A DNA stretch of 64,000 nucleotides, taken from Thecamonas trahens ATCC 50062. Lineage: Eukaryota; Protista; Apusomonadida. The notes beneath the pieces were generated by a model. It was not told the origin of the DNA. It made no database searches and saw only the letters and a program-made list of their open reading frames with translations. This document shows, piece by piece, positions 1-11,572 of the stretch. How positions within the stretch are numbered: the stretch's first letter is position 1; each line of letters opens with the position of its first letter. Location of the stretch: the NCBI RefSeq assembly GCF_000142905.1, contig NW_013657654.1, positions 248,001 to 312,000 of the forward strand. Reading direction: 5' to 3'. The position numbers and the translations under genes were made by a program.

Positions 1-930
1 GGCCTTGAGTCTTGCAGCGACAGCCTTGAGCTCTGTCGGCTCAAAGTTATCGAGCATGATGACGTCTGCGCCGGCGTTGATGGCCTCGGCAGCGTCGTCG
101 TAGCTCGAGGTCTCGACTTCGATCTTGACTGAGAAGCCAGCCACGCTGCGGCAGGTCTCGACGGCGGCGGTGATGGAGCCGGTAGCCCAGATGTGGTTGT
201 CCTTGAGCATGACCATCGACGAGAGATCAGTCCGGTGGGTGTCAACGCCGCCGACGAGCATGCCGTACTTTTCGACATCGCGGAAGCCCGGCGTGGTCTT
301 GCGAGTCCCGGCGACGGTGCCGCCAAAGCCGGCAGCGGCGGCCTTGTCGGCAAAAGCCCGCGCCGCAGTGGCGATGCCGGAGCACCGCGCCAGCACGTTG
401 AGCACCGTCCGCTCGGCCTGCAGCACCCGATGGGTCGGCCCGGTGACAACCGCGACCACCACCTTGCCCTCACCATCAAACATGGCGCCATCGGCGTACG
501 CCCACTCGGCCGAGCACCCCAGCCGCGCCAGTACGGCGTCAGCAAATGGCACGCCCGCCAGCACGCCCGCTGACTTGACCAGCAGGTGCGCCACCGCCGG
601 CCGCGAGCCCACCACGAAGCCGCCGTAGTCGGTGGATGGGATCTGCCGCACCACGCCACGCCCGCCACGCCCGTCGCGTCCACCGCGCCCATCATGTCCA
701 TCACGCCCATCACGCCCCGCCATGCCCGCCACGCCCGTGAGACCCTTTTCCCCCTGCCACCCTCCTCCCCAAGGGGCCGGTCATGGAACATAGCTTCCAC
801 GCCAGACCACACCACCTCATCCCCATCACACGCCCTCACAGCCACGTACATCCTCGTCAAGCCAGGCATCCACCAGCGCATCCAGTCGGGGCGGCAGGAA
901 GCACGCGTAGTCTCTGGGCTGGTTCTCCAT
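1..930 (-). CDS. QPRT: Nicotinate-nucleotide pyrophosphorylase (quinolinate phosphoribosyltransferase), 3' end runs off the window; exons 930-850 and 642-1
   Basis: Translated by hand (not in the ORF track): [27 protein letters not shown] / phase-0 intron 849-643 (GTACGT...CAG) / [12 protein letters not shown]...[18 protein letters not shown]...[15 protein letters not shown]...[15 protein letters not shown]...KIEVE...[10 protein letters not shown], which are the diagnostic NadC motifs. Confidence 0.95.
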
Positions 931-1913
931 GGTACAGGGGCTGCGGAGGGGAGGGGAGGCGAGGGGAGAGGGAGTGGGGTGACCGCCACCCGCCGCACGA
1001 CCAAAGGTCGACCACCCGCCACCCGCCACCCGCCACACGACATCTCGCCAACCAGTCACTGGCCACCCGCTACCCTCCCCCCCCCCNNNNNNNNNNNNNN
1101 NNNNNNNNNNNNNNNNNNNNNNNNNNNNNNNNNNNNNNNNNNNNNNNNNNNNNNNNNNNNNNNNNNNNNNNNNNNNNNNNNNNNNNNNNNNNNNNNNNNN
1201 NNNNNNNNNNNNNNNNNNNNNNNNNNNNNNNNNNNNNNNNNNNNNNNNNNNNNNNNNNNNNNNNNNNNNNNNNNNNNNNNNNNNNNNNNNNNNNNNNNNN
1301 NNNNNNNNNNNNNNNNNNNNNNNNNNNNNNNNNNNNNNNNNNNNNNNNNNNNNNNNNNNNNNNNNNNNNNNNNNNNNNNNNNNNNNNNNNNNNNNNNNNN
1401 NNNNNNNNNNNNNNNNNNNNNNNNNNNNNNNNNNNNNNNNNNNNNNNNNNNNNNNNNNNNNNNNNNNNNNNNNNNNNNNNNNNNNNNNNNNNNNNNNNNN
1501 NNNNNNNNNNNNNNNNNNNNNNNNNNNNNNNNNNNNNNNNNNNNNNNNNNNNNNNNNNNNNNNNNNNNNNNNNNNNNNNNNNNNNNNNNNNNNNNNNNNN
1601 NNNNNNNNNNNNNNNNNNNNNNNNNNNNNNNNNNNNNNNNNNNNNNNNNNNNNNNNNNNNNNNNNNNNNNNNNNNNNNNNNNNNNNNNNNNNNNNNNNNN
1701 NNNNNNNNNNNNNNNNNNNNNNNNNNNNNNNNNNNNNNNNNNNNNNNNNNNNNNNNNNNNNNNNNNNNNNAACCCGTAACCGACCTACGGTCCGGACCCG
1801 ACCCGTACCCCTACCCCCCCCCCCCCACCCCCACCACACACACACGCGCGCACACACACGCACCCATCGCCGCGCGCCACGGATGCGGCTACGTGGACAG
1901 ATACTATTCTACT

Positions 1914-4019
1914 CTACTGATCGTGGCTCTGCTGGAGCATCAGCAGCTGCCGGCCAAGATCAGACACGTCGTCGATGGCCGAGTCGCGCGCTTCGCACCA
2001 AGCCTCGCCAGCCCGGTCGCGAAGCTCGATGACTTCGTCGAGCGTTTTGCCGACAGCGCCATACTGGACGCGGATGTTGAGTGGTGTGCCCTTGCGGATG
2101 ACGCGGAAGATCTCAGTCTCGCCCACAAAGGCGGCGTGCTGGACGTGGAGAAAAGCAGTGCGGTCAACGACCTCAATGTTGCCGGCCTTGAGCACAATGT
2201 CACCAGCACGGAGGCCGGCAATCTCGGCCGGGCCGCCCTCGTGGACCGAGACAATCTTGACAGCCTTGGTCACGTCCTTGATGAGCTCTCCCTGCGGCCC
2301 GTGCCGCTTCTTGACATAATTGTGGTTGGTGACTGCAATACCGATCTCGACCTTGAGCTGCAGCAGTTGCTCGCGGGCATCGTCGCGCTGGACAATCTCT
2401 TCCTGGTACGCTGCCATCCGCGCCTCGATCTCCAACTTGCGCTCCTTCTCGGCTTGCATGGCAGCAGCAAGCTCGGTCGAGCGCTCCTCGGACTTTTTGC
2501 GGAGCTTGAGGTCGTCTTGGGCGAGCTTGAACACCCGACCCACTGTCCGAGTCATCGACGTCGACAGCTGGCTCTTGGCCTCGAGTTCGAGCTCAAGCTG
2601 ACGCTCCAGCTTTCTCCGCTGGACCTCGGCCCGCTTCTCGGCCTCGCGCTTCTCAGCCTCGATCCGCGCCTTCTCGGCTGCAATGCGGCGGACCTCGGCG
2701 GTCCGCTCGCGCTGCTCCTCCTTGGCGCGCGCCAGCGCCCGCTGAGCATCGGTCCGCTCCTTCAGTGCCTTCAGCTTCAACTCCATGCGCTCGCGCTCGG
2801 CGCGCTGCTTCTCCAGCGCCACAGACCGTTTCTTCTCGTCCTTGGCCTTTTCCAACAGCTCCTGATGGTGCGCAAAGGCGTCATACCACTGCTCCATCAG
2901 CTCCCGGTTGCGCTCGGCCTCGCCGGCCACTGAGCTCGACAGCTGTTCCAGATCAGAGTTGATCTTCTCGACGGCCGCCAGCCGCTGCTTGAGGTCTGCG
3001 TTCTCGCTCATCGACAGCGCCAACAACGCGTGCTCCTCGGTCGCCCGCACCAGCTCCTTCTTCTCCGACCGCGCCCGCTCAAGCTCCTTCTGGAACAGCA
3101 TCTCGCGCCGCGCTTTCTCGGCCTTCTGCTCGGCCAACAGTGCCTCGCGGAGCTCGGCCTTCCGCACCAGCTCCTCTTCTATGCTTATGTCGCCAAGCCC
3201 CTCGCTAAGCCCGCGCCCGGCAAAGGCATCGCGCTCGCGAATGCCGAGCTCGACCACAACCTTGTCAAGCCGGATCTCGCTCGCCACTGAACGCGACGAG
3301 AGCTTGGTCACAAGTTCGATGACTGCAAGCCCGACCCTGTTCTTGAGATACTCGTAGCGAGTGGCAAAGGCGTCGACGTGAGCCGGCGGCACAAACGCCA
3401 GCACCGAGTGCCCGCCCCGCCCGTGGCTCTCGAGCGCATGTCGCGACGCCGTTGCATGCGCCGCAAACGCCTCGCCGTCAAACGAGGCGCCCGTCCACAG
3501 CTCAACTGCGCCAGAGACGCCAAGTCCAGCTAGATCCAGCGCCTGCGTCGCAGAATGGACCGGGTGGTGCGCCGACTCGGCGGCCACGACAACAAGCGCG
3601 TCGTGGCCCGACGTCAGTGGCCTCCCGCCCGCACTCCTTCCCGCCACACGCGCAGCAGCTGTCGACGACGCCACAGGCTTCCCGGCGCCATCCACGAGAA
3701 CGAGCTCAAAGGCCTCGGCAAGCGCATCGAGCGCCGCGTGATCCGGCACGACCGCGTTGCCATCGCCAGGTCCAGGCTCACGGCCGGCGGCCGGAACCGG
3801 CGGCAGGACCCTTCGCGCGCCGGCGCCCAGCGGCTGCGGCGAGAGCACCAGATGCGAGCGGAGACCGCCTGGCACTCGTGACCGCGACGGCGAGCTCGCG
3901 CCGCCGTTGCGGATGTACTTGTCCTGGCTTTGACCGGAGCCCTGGCCCGGCGGGCGCAGGGAGGCCGAGCGGGAGGGCGATGAGCGTTGGCCACGACATG
4001 CGGCCGGGTGGCGGCGCGG
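1914..4019 (-). CDS. Long coiled-coil protein with C-terminal PDZ domain; 5' end lies in the gap
   Basis: E/K/R/A-rich heptads followed by VKIVSVHEGGPAEIAGLRAGDIVLKAGN (PDZ signature). The frame stays open upstream of 3875 toward the N-gap. Confidence 0.75.
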   Translation of the reverse strand, partial: PRRHPAACRGQRSSPSRSASLRPPGQGSGQSQDKYIRNGGASSPSRSRVPGGLRSHLVLSPQPLGAGARRVLPPVPAAGREPGPGDGNAVVPDHAALDALAEAFELVLVDGAGKPVASSTAAARVAGRSAGGRPLTSGHDALVVVAAESAHHPVHSATQALDLAGLGVSGAVELWTGASFDGEAFAAHATASRHALESHGRGGHSVLAFVPPAHVDAFATRYEYLKNRVGLAVIELVTKLSSRSVASEIRLDKVVVELGIRERDAFAGRGLSEGLGDISIEEELVRKAELREALLAEQKAEKARREMLFQKELERARSEKKELVRATEEHALLALSMSENADLKQRLAAVEKINSDLEQLSSSVAGEAERNRELMEQWYDAFAHHQELLEKAKDEKKRSVALEKQRAERERMELKLKALKERTDAQRALARAKEEQRERTAEVRRIAAEKARIEAEKREAEKRAEVQRRKLERQLELELEAKSQLSTSMTRTVGRVFKLAQDDLKLRKKSEERSTELAAAMQAEKERKLEIEARMAAYQEEIVQRDDAREQLLQLKVEIGIAVTNHNYVKKRHGPQGELIKDVTKAVKIVSVHEGGPAEIAGLRAGDIVLKAGNIEVVDRTAFLHVQHAAFVGETEIFRVIRKGTPLNIRVQYGAVGKTLDEVIELRDRAGEAWCEARDSAIDDVSDLGRQLLMLQQSHDQ

Positions 4020-4643
4020 NNNNNNNNNNNNNNNNNNNNNNNNNNNNNNNNNNNNNNNNNNNNNNNNNNNNNNNNNNNNNNNNNNNNNNNNNNNNNNNNN
4101 NNNNNNNNNNNNNNNNNNNNNNNNNNNNNNNNNNNNNNNNNNNNNNNNNNNNNNNNNNNNNNNNNNNNNNNNNNNNNNNNNNNNNNNNNNNNNNNNNNNN
4201 NNNNNNNNNNNNNNNNNNNNNNNNNNNNNNNNNNNNNNNNNNNNNNNNNNNNNNNNNNNNNNNNNNNNNNNNNNNNNNNNNNNNNNNNNNNNNNNNNNNN
4301 NNNNNNNNNNNNNNNNNNNNNNNNNNNNNNNNNNNNNNNNNNNNNNNNNNNNNNNNNNNNNNNNNNNNNNNNNNNNNNNNNNNNNNNNNNNNNNNNNNNN
4401 NNNNNNNNNNNNNNNNNNNNNNNNNNNNNNNNNNNNNNNNNNNNNNNNNNNNNNNNNNNNNNNNNNNNNNNNNNNNNNNNNNNNNNNNNNNNNNNNNNNN
4501 NNNNNNNNNNNNNNNNNNNNNNNNNNNNNNNNNNNNNNNNNNNNNNNNNNNNNNNNNNNNNNNNNCTCCCTCCCCCCTCCTCTCCCTCCCCGGGCGCATC
4601 AACGGGAGCGAACTCGTGAGCCGCTGGTGACAGCCACAGCGAC

Positions 4644-6883
4644 ATGACACTTGCCCTCCCTCCCCCCCCCCCCCACACTACCCACACCACCCACACCCAC
4701 ACCCACACCCACACCACCCGCACCACCCATACCCATGCAGTCCCCGTCTCACCCGCACTCATTGGCGGAGTCATCGAGGGCTTCTACGGCCGCCCCTGGA
4801 CACCCGCTCAGCGCAGCGAGCTGCTGGCCTCCCTCTCCGGCCCTGCCGAGGTCTACCTCTACGCGCCCAAGGACGACGCTAAACACCGCGCCCTGTGGTC
4901 CGTCCCCTACTCGTCCGACGAGGCTGCTGCCTTTACCGCCCTTGCTGCTGCTGCTCCTCAAAGTGCCTCCTTTGTCTACGCTCTCGCCCCGGGCCTCGCC
5001 GGCAACGCCCTCTTTGCCGACCCGGCTTCCGCTGCCGCCGCCGCCGACAAGGTCGCTGCTGTCTTTGACGCCATCGCCACCGCTCCGCATCCGCCAGCCG
5101 TCGGCCTCGCTGTCCTCTTTGACGACATCCCCGTCGATCCGTCGCCAGCTGTCGCCACTGCTCAGGCCGCCTTTGCTGCCGCTCTCATCGCCGCCGCCCG
5201 TGACGCTGCCGCCGCTGCCGGCCTCGCCTTTACCTTTGCCGCTTTCTGCCCCACTGTGTACTGCGCCCGCATGGCGGCCCCGTTTGGCGGCGTCGCCACC
5301 TGCGGCTACCTCGCGGCCCTCGCTGAGGGCCTTCCGGATGACGTCCATGTGTTTTGGACCGGAAACGAGATCGTCTCGCCCTCGATCACTGCGGCAGACC
5401 TCGCACCCGTCAACGCCATCTTTGGCCGCAAGGTCCTCCTCTGGGACAACGTTTTTGCCAACGACTACGACAACCGCCGCGCTGTCCTCGGCCCCATCGC
5501 CGGTCGCCCGCTCGACCTCCGCCAGGCCGTCGCTGGCCTGCTCATCAACCCCAACACCGAGTACGAGTTCAACTACGTCCCGCTCGTCTCGCTCCGCAAC
5601 TGGCTCGCTGCCGAGCCGGGTTCTGACGCCGCCATTGCGCCATCAGACTCAACTCACCTCGACTCTCTCGCTCGCGACTGGCTCGCTGCCCGTCTGGACG
5701 TGCCTGCCCCGTCGGACGCCACCGTAGACGCGCTTGTCCTTCTCCTGCGCATCTTTGCCGTCCCAGCCGATGCTGCCGCCTCACTCGACCCTATCCTCGC
5801 CCGTTGGTCACCTCGATTCCAGCCGCTCTCCGGGCAGACCCGACCAATGCCGCAGCCATCGCCGAGCTCAAGGCCGGTGGGCAGCGCCTTGTGGACGTGT
5901 ACGAGGCACTTCACGCCACACTTGTCTCGGACGCTGGTCGTGCCCTCCTCTACGCCCTCCACCCGTACATGTGGGAGCTCAAGGAGGCCGGTGGACTGCT
6001 CCTCGCCTACGCCGCTTACCTCTGCGCCCCGGTCAAGGCCTCGCTCGTCGAGGCCAACGCCGGCTGGCCGTTCCACACCTCTGCATCCGGCGTGTTCTTC
6101 TCGGACTCGCACGCCTTGCCAACGTACGAGGCAACGCTTGCGGCGCAGATCAAGTCTCGTCTTCTCACCCTCAACTTTGCCGACGCCTCGATTGGCCTCG
6201 CTCCGCCTGATGCCCGTGGCCGCCTTCCCCGCCCGCGCATGGACTTTGTCATTCGCACCGCTCGTCCCGCCGACGTCGACGCCTGCTACCTTGTCTGCCT
6301 CGAGACCGGCAACTACGGCGACGACGGGACCGAGTTTTACCTCGACGACCCACTCATCCTGGGCCATCGCTACACTGGACCGTACCTGGAGTTTGACGAG
6401 ACGGCGTATGTGCTCGAGGATGAGGCCGGAGTCTGCGGCTACACACTCGGCGTTCTCGACTCTAACTCCTTCTGGGCCCGCTACCTCGCCGAGTGGGTGC
6501 CCAAGATCGTGGCCTCGCTCCCGGCTGGCATCGCCGAGAGCCACGCGCCCGGCGGCGCCCTTGCCACTCCCGTCGAAGGCGAGCCGCGATCGCACGAGCT
6601 CTACCGCCACTTTCTCAACCCGCCGACAGCCTACGAGTTTGCGTCGTTTGTCGATGAGTACCCGTCGCACCTCCACATCGACATCATCGCCCGCGGCCAG
6701 TCGCAGGGCCAGGGCACCCGCCTCATCAAGACCCTGCTCTCCGACCTCCGCGCCCGGGGCTCGACAGGTGTCCATCTCGAGATGGCCATCACCAACGACG
6801 CCGCCTACGGCTTCTACCGCAAGCTTGGCTTTGTCGAGCTCTTCCGCAACACCGAAGAGATCGTCATGGGCATCAAGCTCTGA
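4644..6883 (+). CDS. OGA: O-GlcNAcase (GH84 NAGidase domain + stalk + C-terminal GNAT/HAT domain); one frame break near 5803; true start uncertain
   Basis: GGVIEGFYGRPWT, YLYAPKDDAKHRALW, VLFDDIP (catalytic Asp-Asp), FCPTVYC, VFWTGNEIVS and LLWDNVFANDYD. The second frame (5804-6883) gives GHRYTGPYL, GYTLG, YPSHLHIDII, GVHLEM and FYRKLGF. The frames join by a 20-nt GT-AG segment (5803-5822) or one missing base. Confidence 0.92.
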
Positions 6884-6894
6884 TGTCTGCCCCG

Positions 6895-7737
6895 TCACAC
6901 CACAAACAGCGTGTCAGTCACGCCGGCACTCCGCAGTGCAAGCTGGAGGCTGGCCTTGGTTGCAAGGCCCGCCAGCACCACCCCTGGCACGGTCATCCGT
7001 GCTAGCTGCGACCCTCCGCCGAGCGCGGCCTCGGCGACCACGGTCAGGCCGACGATGTTCGAGGTGAGGACAACAATGTGGACGATGCGAAAGAGGGAGA
7101 CGCCGAGATAGTTGGGAAAGACACCAAGAAAGTACGCATCATAGTCCCAGATCATGACCAATACAACCAGCGCCTTGGCCATCGATGAAACAAGTAGCGC
7201 GCGGACAACCAGGTCGAGGACCGCTCCCACGCCCAGCCGCAGTCCGCGCCACACCACCGCCAGCAGCGCCGCCGATACACCGGCAACAAAGGCAAGGTTC
7301 TCGGCAAGAACAACTGGAATGGTCCGCACTACCGTACACCGCTGGGATGGCACGTCGGCGCCGGCTGTGCCGCCCAGCACGGCGTGGTGCGAGGCGCAGC
7401 GCGAGGTGGCCACAAACACGTCGCAGGCGAGGAGGAAGAGAGCAAGCCGGGCCAGCGCCGCCGGCGAGACCAGCAGGTTCGGCAGCGACGGCAGTGCCGG
7501 CGCATTGAACAGCAGGTGCCGGTAGACCGCTGGCCGGTGGAGGACAAGGTCCAGCACATGCAGCACGTTGTCGTACTCGACGTACGGGTCGACCACCGCG
7601 TCGCACGCCTCGCACCGCGACAGCCGGATGTGCGCGTTCGACCGAAAGATGCGGTACAGCGAGCTTGCACTTGCCCCACAATGCACACACACGTTCCCTT
7701 CCCCGCCTACTATTCCCGGTGCGCCCTCGCCTGCCAT
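6895..7737 (-). CDS. ARV1: ARV1 family sterol/GPI homeostasis membrane protein
   Basis: CVHCG...LYR...IRLSRCEACDAVVDPYVEYDNVLHVLDLVLHRPAVYRHLLFN (Arv1 homology domain) followed by several TM segments; ATG at 7737. Confidence 0.92.
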   Translation of the reverse strand: MAGEGAPGIVGGEGNVCVHCGASASSLYRIFRSNAHIRLSRCEACDAVVDPYVEYDNVLHVLDLVLHRPAVYRHLLFNAPALPSLPNLLVSPAALARLALFLLACDVFVATSRCASHHAVLGGTAGADVPSQRCTVVRTIPVVLAENLAFVAGVSAALLAVVWRGLRLGVGAVLDLVVRALLVSSMAKALVVLVMIWDYDAYFLGVFPNYLGVSLFRIVHIVVLTSNIVGLTVVAEAALGGGSQLARMTVPGVVLAGLATKASLQLALRSAGVTDTLFVV

Positions 7738-7931
7738 ATGCCTGCTGCTCCCCCAAGAGTCGCGTGTGTGGAGAGGACGAGGGGCCAGCCGGGGGCGAGC
7801 GAGTGAGCGATCACTCCGTTTGATCACCAAACTTGGATGCCACGAGTGACGCCTGGTTTACGACCTTTTCCTTCCCCGTGCCCAGGCACACCTCTTCCAT
7901 CAGTGTCGCGACTGTACTACACGTCGTGGCC

Positions 7932-9064
7932 ATGGACGATCCGTTGCACCTTCTTGAGGAGATGGTACTTGATGTGCTCCGTGCGCTGCAGAGTGCTCCG
8001 TTTACACTCCCACGCAAGATGGCAGCAGCGGCTTGCGCATCACGCTGCCGGACGCACATCGCGCCGACGGACGATGGCTGGGCGAGGCAGACCGGGAGAC
8101 GGCCAGGGGGGATGCTGACGAGCTGGACAGGAGCAGCAGGAGCACGGACAGCGTTTGTGGCTGCGGCGTGTGCAGCCGTGCTGCGCGGGAGCGAGTCTGT
8201 GACGCTGCGCGATGTGTACTACTCGGCGCCGGCAGGCCTGTTTGCATCCGCCGGTGGGGTGGCGGCGGCGGCGGCGGTGCTGGAGACCGCCCTCGGGCTG
8301 CCTCGGTGGAAGCTGGGCATGACTGAGAGCGTGTCGGCGCGGCGGGTCGCGGTGGCGGTTGGCGGGTGGGTGGAGAGTATGGTGGGAACGGTGGTGGTGC
8401 CAGATCTTGCCGGCAACGGGGGGGCGGCGCGCCGCTACCGTCTTCGACCGAGGCTGCCGCGCTCGAGGCTGCGGGCGGGCTACGGCTGGTGCCTGAGACG
8501 CCTGGGATCCGGGCATGTCTTGTGGTTGTGGAGAAGCATACTGTGCTGAGCGGGCTGGTGGCGGCGGCGAGCTCAGGCACGTTCCGCGGCGTGGCGCCGT
8601 TTCTCATCCTGCTTACTGGCTCGGGCTACCCGTCGACAGGGGTGGCGCTGATGGTGCGGCTGCTTGCGCGGGCGATGGGCGCCGCCCCGCGGGTCTTTCT
8701 CGTCACTGACGCCGATCCGCACGGCGCAGACATTGCGCTGCGGTACCGGTTCGGGTCTGGCTCGGTGCCGGTCCGCAACCCGCATTTGGTGGCGCCGGCG
8801 GCGACGGTGTGGCATTGGCTTGGCCTCCATGCCGACGACCCGGTGCTAGATGAGCGCGGGTGCGGTGGCGAGCCGCTGACGCGGGCCGACACCGGCAAAC
8901 TTGCCGGCCTGCTGCGGAGCCGGCTGCTTGCCAAGCTCATGCCCGCGGCGTGGCGAGCGCGGATAGAGAGCCAGCAAGCGCTGGGCCGCAAGTACGAGCT
9001 CGAGGCACTCTCAGCCGACCGCCTGGCGTCGTGGCTGGCAGCCAAGCTTGCCGAGGCAAGTTAG
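7932..9064 (+). CDS. SPO11: SPO11 / topoisomerase VI subunit A homolog; frame break near the G7 run at 8418-8424
   Basis: TLRDVYYS (catalytic Tyr motif) in frame 1. Frame 2 has LVVVEKHTV, LLTGSGYPS, LVTDADPHGADIALRY (TOPRIM E and DxD), WLGL and KYELEAL. Confidence 0.88.
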
Positions 9065-10174
9065 GCGGTGTAGTACATGTCCGGGTTGTGGAGGACAAAG
9101 CGCCAGTTGATGTGGTGGTTGCGGTTGTCGTCCTCAAACTTGAGGGTGTACTTGCCATTTCCGGTCTGTGACGGGACGTTGAGCACACGGGCCGGGTAAA
9201 ACGATGTTGTGAGCGGGTAGAGAGCGCACACGGTGTCGCCTATGGCAAACTCGGTGTCTTCGTTGAACTTGGACGGCACCACGTACGGTAGCGGAATAAC
9301 CATGTTGGAGGGGAGGATAAGCGTTTTGCGGATGCAGTCGTAGTCATCCGAGACGTCAAGATCCTCCACCTCGTACCTGTCCTTGAGCGCAATGTACCGC
9401 ATGACGGTTCCCAAAATCCACGTCGCCGTGTCATGGCCGCGCGTGACCTTGACAACAACCATAAACCCGGGCGGGATTTCCAGGTCGGCCGGCCAGCGGA
9501 CACGTCCGCAGAGGACCGGTGGTGTGCCGGTGCCCGGCCAAACCGGCGGCTCGGTGATGCGGGTGTCGGCCATCTTGGCCCGCTTCAACTTGTTTGGCGT
9601 GTATTTGTCAAACTCGGCCGCCGTCTTGACGCCCTTGTGGTGGGTGTCGATCACACTTTGCAGCTTCTCCACCGATGCTCCGGTCAGACTGTCGCCGCAC
9701 CCAACATACCCGCGATTCCATCATCGCAGGCACAACACCCAGAACATGCTGTGAGTTGACCCCTCTCCTCTGCCTTCCCGCCCGCACACGCGCACCTTCC
9801 CTCTACCCGCAAACGACCACGTACATAACCTCGGCCTCGTGCAGCTGCGCCAGCTCTGCATACAAGTTGCGGAGCCTGTTGAGCGCCCGAGGCTCCATAG
9901 CAGCTAGCTCCGTCCGACCCCCCCCCCCCCCCCCAAACACGCACCCAAACACATCATCCATGTCCATGAGTACCTACGCCGCCTTCCCCTCCCCCCCTTC
10001 CGTCCCCCCCCCCCCCCCCCTCCCTCTCCCCCACGTACCAACCCCACCCTGCTTGTCGGCCACGGCCTGGAGCTTGTTGATCTCGCCCACCACTGTGTCG
10101 GCCTCTCGCCGCAGCCTCTCCAGCTTGCGCAGCTCCTGATACACCTCCTTGTGCAGGGGCAGTGGTGCACTCAT
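9061..10174 (-). CDS. SGF29: SAGA-associated factor 29 (coiled coil + tandem Tudor); exons 10174-10039, 9903-9825, 9688-9061
   Basis: Two GTACGT...AG introns (10038-9904 and 9824-9689) splice in frame. Tandem Tudor motifs WILGTV, RYEVEDLD, VCALYPLTTSFYPA and YTLKFEDD; N-terminal LRNLYAELAQLHEAE helix. Confidence 0.88.
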
Positions 10175-10680
10175 CCTCCTTCTGTCCTCTGCGGTTGCAA
10201 GAACAAGTGGGTGTGCACGTGAGGGTGACAGACAAGTGTGTCTGTGGCAGGGGGGAAGGGGAGAAGGGGGAGGGGGAGGGGGAAGGGGGGGGGGGGGGTG
10301 CGCGAGTGTGGGCGCGCGCGTCGCGCANNNNNNNNNNNNNNNNNNNNNNNNNNNNNNNNNNNNNNNNNNNNNNNNNNNNNNNNNNNNNNNNNNNNNNNNN
10401 NNNNNNNNNNNNNNNNNNNNNNNNNNNNNNNNNNNNNNNNNNNNNNNNNNNNNNNNNNNNNNNNNNNNNNNNNNNNNNNNNNNNNNNNNNNNNNNNNNNN
10501 NNNNNNNNNNNNNNNNNNNNNNNNNNNNNNNNNNNNNNNNNNNNNNNNNNNNNNNNNNNNNNNNNAATGGGGGGGGGGGGGCGACAGGGCGAAGGGGAAG
10601 GGCTTGGCCACCTCCCTCGGTGGCAGGTTGATGGCCACCGCTCTCCCCCTCCCCCCCCCCCCCTCCTACCTCCTACCCAG

Positions 10681-11111
10681 TGCGTGTTATGGATCCGTGC
10701 GACCTTCCGGGTTGCTGCCAAGAGCTGATCAAAGCGCCTGCGTCGTGCAAGGAGGCCGAGCTGCGTGCGGTGTATGAGACTGCTGCAGCTGCGGCGCTGG
10801 CCAAGGCTGCCGCCATGCATGCAGCGTGGGTGTCTGGCCCACGAGCGCCTGATCCGCCGCCAGAGCTGGTGGTGGAAGACGTGGGAGAGCTCGGATACGA
10901 TCAGTACCATCGCAGAGTGGCCAAGGCCTGTCCCACGTGCGGAGGATCGGTCGACCCACGTAGGGCCCGTGATGGCGAGACACCGTACACCATCGCCCAG
11001 CCGGAGCAAGTGTTCCTCGTCCAAACTGACTTCTTTGATCTCTGGCGCACCTTTATGTACTGTCCCATCTGCGGACACTGCATCACCTACATCGGCATGG
11101 ATCCCATGTGA
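10681..11111 (+). CDS. Small hypothetical protein with CxxC...CxxC zinc-ribbon-like motifs (5' end uncertain, next to a gap)
   Basis: ORF with CPTCGG and YCPICGHC and coding-like codon usage; a pyrimidine tract and CAG precede 10681, and there is an ATG at 10689. Confidence 0.55.
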
Positions 11112-11148
11112 GTGACAGTCCCCAGGCAATAGCCCAGGCCGATCCATG

Positions 11149-11232
11149 GCCGATGCGACGCCGATGCGACGCCGATGCGACGCCGATCTAACGCTGATCC
11201 GACGCCGATCCGACGCCGATCCGACGCCGATT
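11149..11232. repeat. 11-bp minisatellite (GCCGATSCGAC), about 7-8 copies, decaying downstream
   Basis: ccgatgcgacg x3 then ccgatccgacg-type copies, directly visible. Confidence 0.9.
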
Positions 11233-11572
11233 CCTGGCCGATATCCACAGGCCGATCCCCACGCCGATTCCAAGCCAACCATACCAAACCGTGCCGATCC
11301 GAGCCACTCTCTCTCCAGCCCAGCCCCGGCCCGATCCCGACCTATCAGCACTACATCAGTGATTCCATCCCCTGGTTAGCCATCATTAGCATCTGCTTTG
11401 CTCTCCTCTCCTTTCCCTTCCCTTCTCCATACCCTCGCTGCGACCATCGAACTTCTGCTGCAGTCCCCCCCCCCCCCCCCCCCTCCCCCCCTCAACCACC
11501 AGCCGCTCTGTTCGCTGCGCGAGGCGTTGCCACCTCACCCCCCCCCCCCCCCCCTCCACCTACATCCCACCT

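Noticed and set aside
586-4774. ORFs spanning N-gaps
   Set aside because: Artefacts of runs of N lacking stop codons.
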